Under the pieces are notes generated by a model. It ran no database searches. It was not told the DNA's origin and saw nothing but the letters and a program-made list of their open reading frames with translations. A DNA stretch of 63,835 nucleotides, the filler included, from Folioceros fuciformis (Eukaryota), in NCBI GenBank assembly GCA_049999805.1. It is 4 parts of 4 records of this genome, joined end to end, with 100 filler letters (N's around TTAATTAATTAA, not from the genome) between each part and the next. Parts side by side here need not be neighbours in the genome. Positions count along the whole stretch, not along the records: positions 60,901 to 63,835 come from JBNGIO010006203.1; 3 more parts are not named here. One strand, written 5' to 3'. Positions within the stretch are counted from its first letter, which is position 1; the number at the start of each line of letters is the position of its first letter. The translations under genes were made by a program, and so were the position numbers. Of this stretch, positions 60,901-63,835 are shown one piece after another.

Positions 60901-63775
60901 AGCTCCCTTGGTCGGTCTAGGCGTTCATGTTCATCCCTACACAACTCAACTCCCTCATTAGTGGTTTTCAGCACCTTTCTGTACACCCTCCAGCCCAACA
61001 ATAAGTTATGGCAGCATTGGTTAGTACACCTACCTTCACCTTAGAACTCAAAGAGAAAGATAGGTTTAAGGGGAATGGTTATACCGTTTGGAGGGTCAAG
61101 ATGAAGGCCACCTTGCTGGCCAGGGGAGTTTGGATCGTTGTTGACGGGACATATTCCAAACCTGACCCCAATGCCAACCCAGCTCCCATAGCAGAAGAGA
61201 TTGCCAAGTGGGAGCAGTATAACACTATTGTTGTAGCCCTGATCATCAGTGGGTTGGATGCAAATCTAGTCTCGGAGGTAGAATACCTCACATCTGCACA
61301 TGTTATATGGGACCAATTAGAGAAAACTTATAAAATACAAAACATGATAACCCTATGTGTTGTCAGGTAGGAATTCTTCTCCCTTAAGATGAAGGAGGGA
61401 GAAAAGGTGGCCTCCCACGTTAGTAAGTTTCGGCACCTTCGTGCCCAACTTACAGTAATGACAGGAGAGAAGATGTTTAAGGTGGACGCTATCGCCCAAC
61501 TGGTGAGTAGTCTTCCCGCTTCTTACTAGACTTTCGTAACAAGCCAAAATGGCCCCATACGCGCTGCCGTTGCTGCCGCTGGCCAATCTGTGACCATCAC
61601 CTTGGAAGAGGTGATAGGTGCATTGTTCCAGGAGTCGTACCTTCTCGTCCACCTTTAGGAACAAAGGAGAGAAAGTGTTAGCAGCCAACCTCCGCAAGGG
61701 AAAGACCAAATTCAGAAGCACTGTAACGTAGGAACAAAGGGGAGAGCCCTCGAACCCTGCCAAGAGACCTGGCAACTGCAACTGCTGTGGTCTTCCTGGC
61801 CACTGGGCAAGAGAATGCCGAAAAAGAAGGGCAAGTGAGCCCCCCCCGGCAGCAAAAGCCGGCAGCGAACGTAGCAATGAAGCATAGCAAACCAGGAGAC
61901 TCAAAGGCTCTCTTGAAAATACTGACAGTATGCCTGTCCATCACTCTGAGCGATGATAGTTGCTGGTACCTTGATTCAGGAGCAACTACCCACATATGCA
62001 AGAAAAGGGAACTTTTTAGAACTCTCGACCTAACACAAAGAGGTGGGCAGGTATTCCTTGCAGATGAATAGAGTAAGACAAGTCTTCACATTGAGGGCAA
62101 GGGTACCTGTGTCTTCAAGGTGCATGATGGCACAGACTTGACCCTAGAAGACGCCATTTTTGTCCCTGGCATGGCCAAAAATCTTATGCCCATGAGTCAG
62201 CTCATGAGTCAACGGATTTTCTACATGCATGCAGACTGTGAGCACTGTTGTTTCTACAGGCAGTCATCCTCGCACACATTTGCCTTTGAGGAACTGCCTG
62301 AAAGCAACTTGTATAGGCTCAACATTACTTGTTCTAGGTTAGAACCACATGCTGAAGTTGCCCACTCAACTACAACCCCTAACCTAAGCCTGGCACAACA
62401 AGCTCTGCTATGGCATGCCCGTCTAGGGCATGTCAATAGGTCAAAACTGATAAACATGTCAATCTTAGAGTGTCACCGTGAGCCCCTACCCAAATGCTTC
62501 AAGCAATTGCCTGTGTGTTAGTCATGTATACTCGCTAAATAGAAGGAATCACCTTTTCCTAATTCACCTGCACAGAGGGCCACACGAGTCCTTGAGCTGG
62601 TCCATGCTGACATCTCAAGCAAGGTCCATGAGCCCTCCCTTGGAGGTGCCCGTTACTTCCTAACAGTCACTGATGACTACAGCCGCTACACATGGACCTT
62701 CCCTATGCAGTTGAAAAGTGACACCTATACTTGCTTCAAGGATTGGCTCACCATAGCCCAAAGGCAGTTAGGACAACTCCTGAAGACTCTCAGGACTAAC
62801 AAGGGCACTGAATTCGTTAACTATTCCTTCAATGACCTACTGCAGACCTCAGGAATTCTGCATCAGATCACAATGCCCTACACACCCCAACAGAACGGCG
62901 TGTCAGAACGCAAAAACCAAACCCTGCTAGCAATGACAAGAAGCATGCTGTTGTGGGCTGGTTTACCTCAAGGCCACTGGGCTGAGGCTATAGTGACAGT
63001 AACCTATATCCTCAACCGCGTCATCACCAACACTGTTTCAAATAAGACCCCGTTCGAGGTATTTTGGAGCAAGAAGCCCAGCCTCTTGCACCTTCGGGTC
63101 TTTGGATCCCACACCCATGCCCACATTCCCACAGAAAAAAGGCATAAGCTGGACAATCGAGCAGAGGCACTTATTCTGGTCAGCTACAGCGAGTACTCCA
63201 AGGCTTATAAGCTATACAATTCTGATGCAGACACTATTGTGCTTGTAAGGAGTGTTACCTTTATAGAACCATGCACGCCTGCCTCAGGGGAATGAATCTC
63301 CTCCAGTTGACCCCACTCAACTCCAGCCAGCTGACCAACCCTCTATCTTCCCCCTTGATGATGATGAGCCCGAATCAACAGTACCAATCCCTGCGACCGT
63401 CCCACCAGGCAACATCAATCCTGACCCAATAGTAATAGCCCTTGCTGCAATTCAGTACCAACCTGTCTTGGATGCAGAGGGGGATTTGGGGATAGCTGAT
63501 GACGCTGCTGAGCCAGCTGACCCTCCTGAGCCTCCAACCCAGGTTGCCCCTGAGCCTAAGCCTGCGCTTGACCTCCCGCGTCGCTCCACACGCCACAGAC
63601 CTCCCCCATTTGAATGGAGGGAGCCACCTTATTCCTCCACCGACTTTCGGACACATGCAGTCCCCGCACTTGGTCCAGACTCACTCCTACCTGACGAACC
63701 CACTACACTAACTCAGGCGTTCAATAGCCCCGAGCATGAGCAATGGCAGTTAGCAGTAGAGGATGAATATCAATC
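60901..63775 (+). mobile_element. Second Ty1/Copia family, degenerate gag-PR-INT up to the start of RT
   Basis: Gag 61008+; CNCC..GHWAREC; WYLDSGATTH; LWHARLGH; GVSERKN; EPTTLTQA...WQLAVEDEYQS; many stops. Confidence 0.9.
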
Positions 63776-63835
63776 TGTGAACCTCCAAAGTTTGGGGTAG
63801 TAGTTTGTTTTGGTTGAAAAAGGGTTAATAGTGGT
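63776..63835. mobile_element. Probable start of another LTR inserted into the Copia RT
   Basis: Copia homology stops abruptly at a TGTGAACC junction. Confidence 0.4.

Overview
Eukaryotic nuclear DNA from a land plant. The short GT-AG introns, GC-rich exons, MPH1/TL20.3/CCD1/caleosin genes and TE types suggest a non-seed, bryophyte-grade plant; this is an inference. The window joins several contigs via 100-bp N gaps, three of which carry a TTAATTAATTAA linker. 1-21.6 kb is an apparently identical 13,580-bp tandem unit: a deleted, internally inverted Ty3/Gypsy element (4.8-kb GC-rich LTR, tRNA-Asp PBS) with a nested degenerate Ty1/Copia element. 24-33 kb is a gene island: YciO/YrdC-like gene, TL20.3 pentapeptide gene, candidate small secreted peptide, and a class V GH18 chitinase with a GPI-like tail. 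34-46 kb is TE debris: CRE-like endonuclease fragment, L1 ORF1, a 5-kb solo LTR of the same Gypsy family carrying a USP-gene fragment, and a short LTR. 47-58 kb is a second gene island: MPH1, CCD1, caleosin/peroxygenase, and an intron-containing gene for a bacterial-type ParA/Soj-family ATPase, which is the most unexpected element. 61-63.8 kb is another degenerate Copia.
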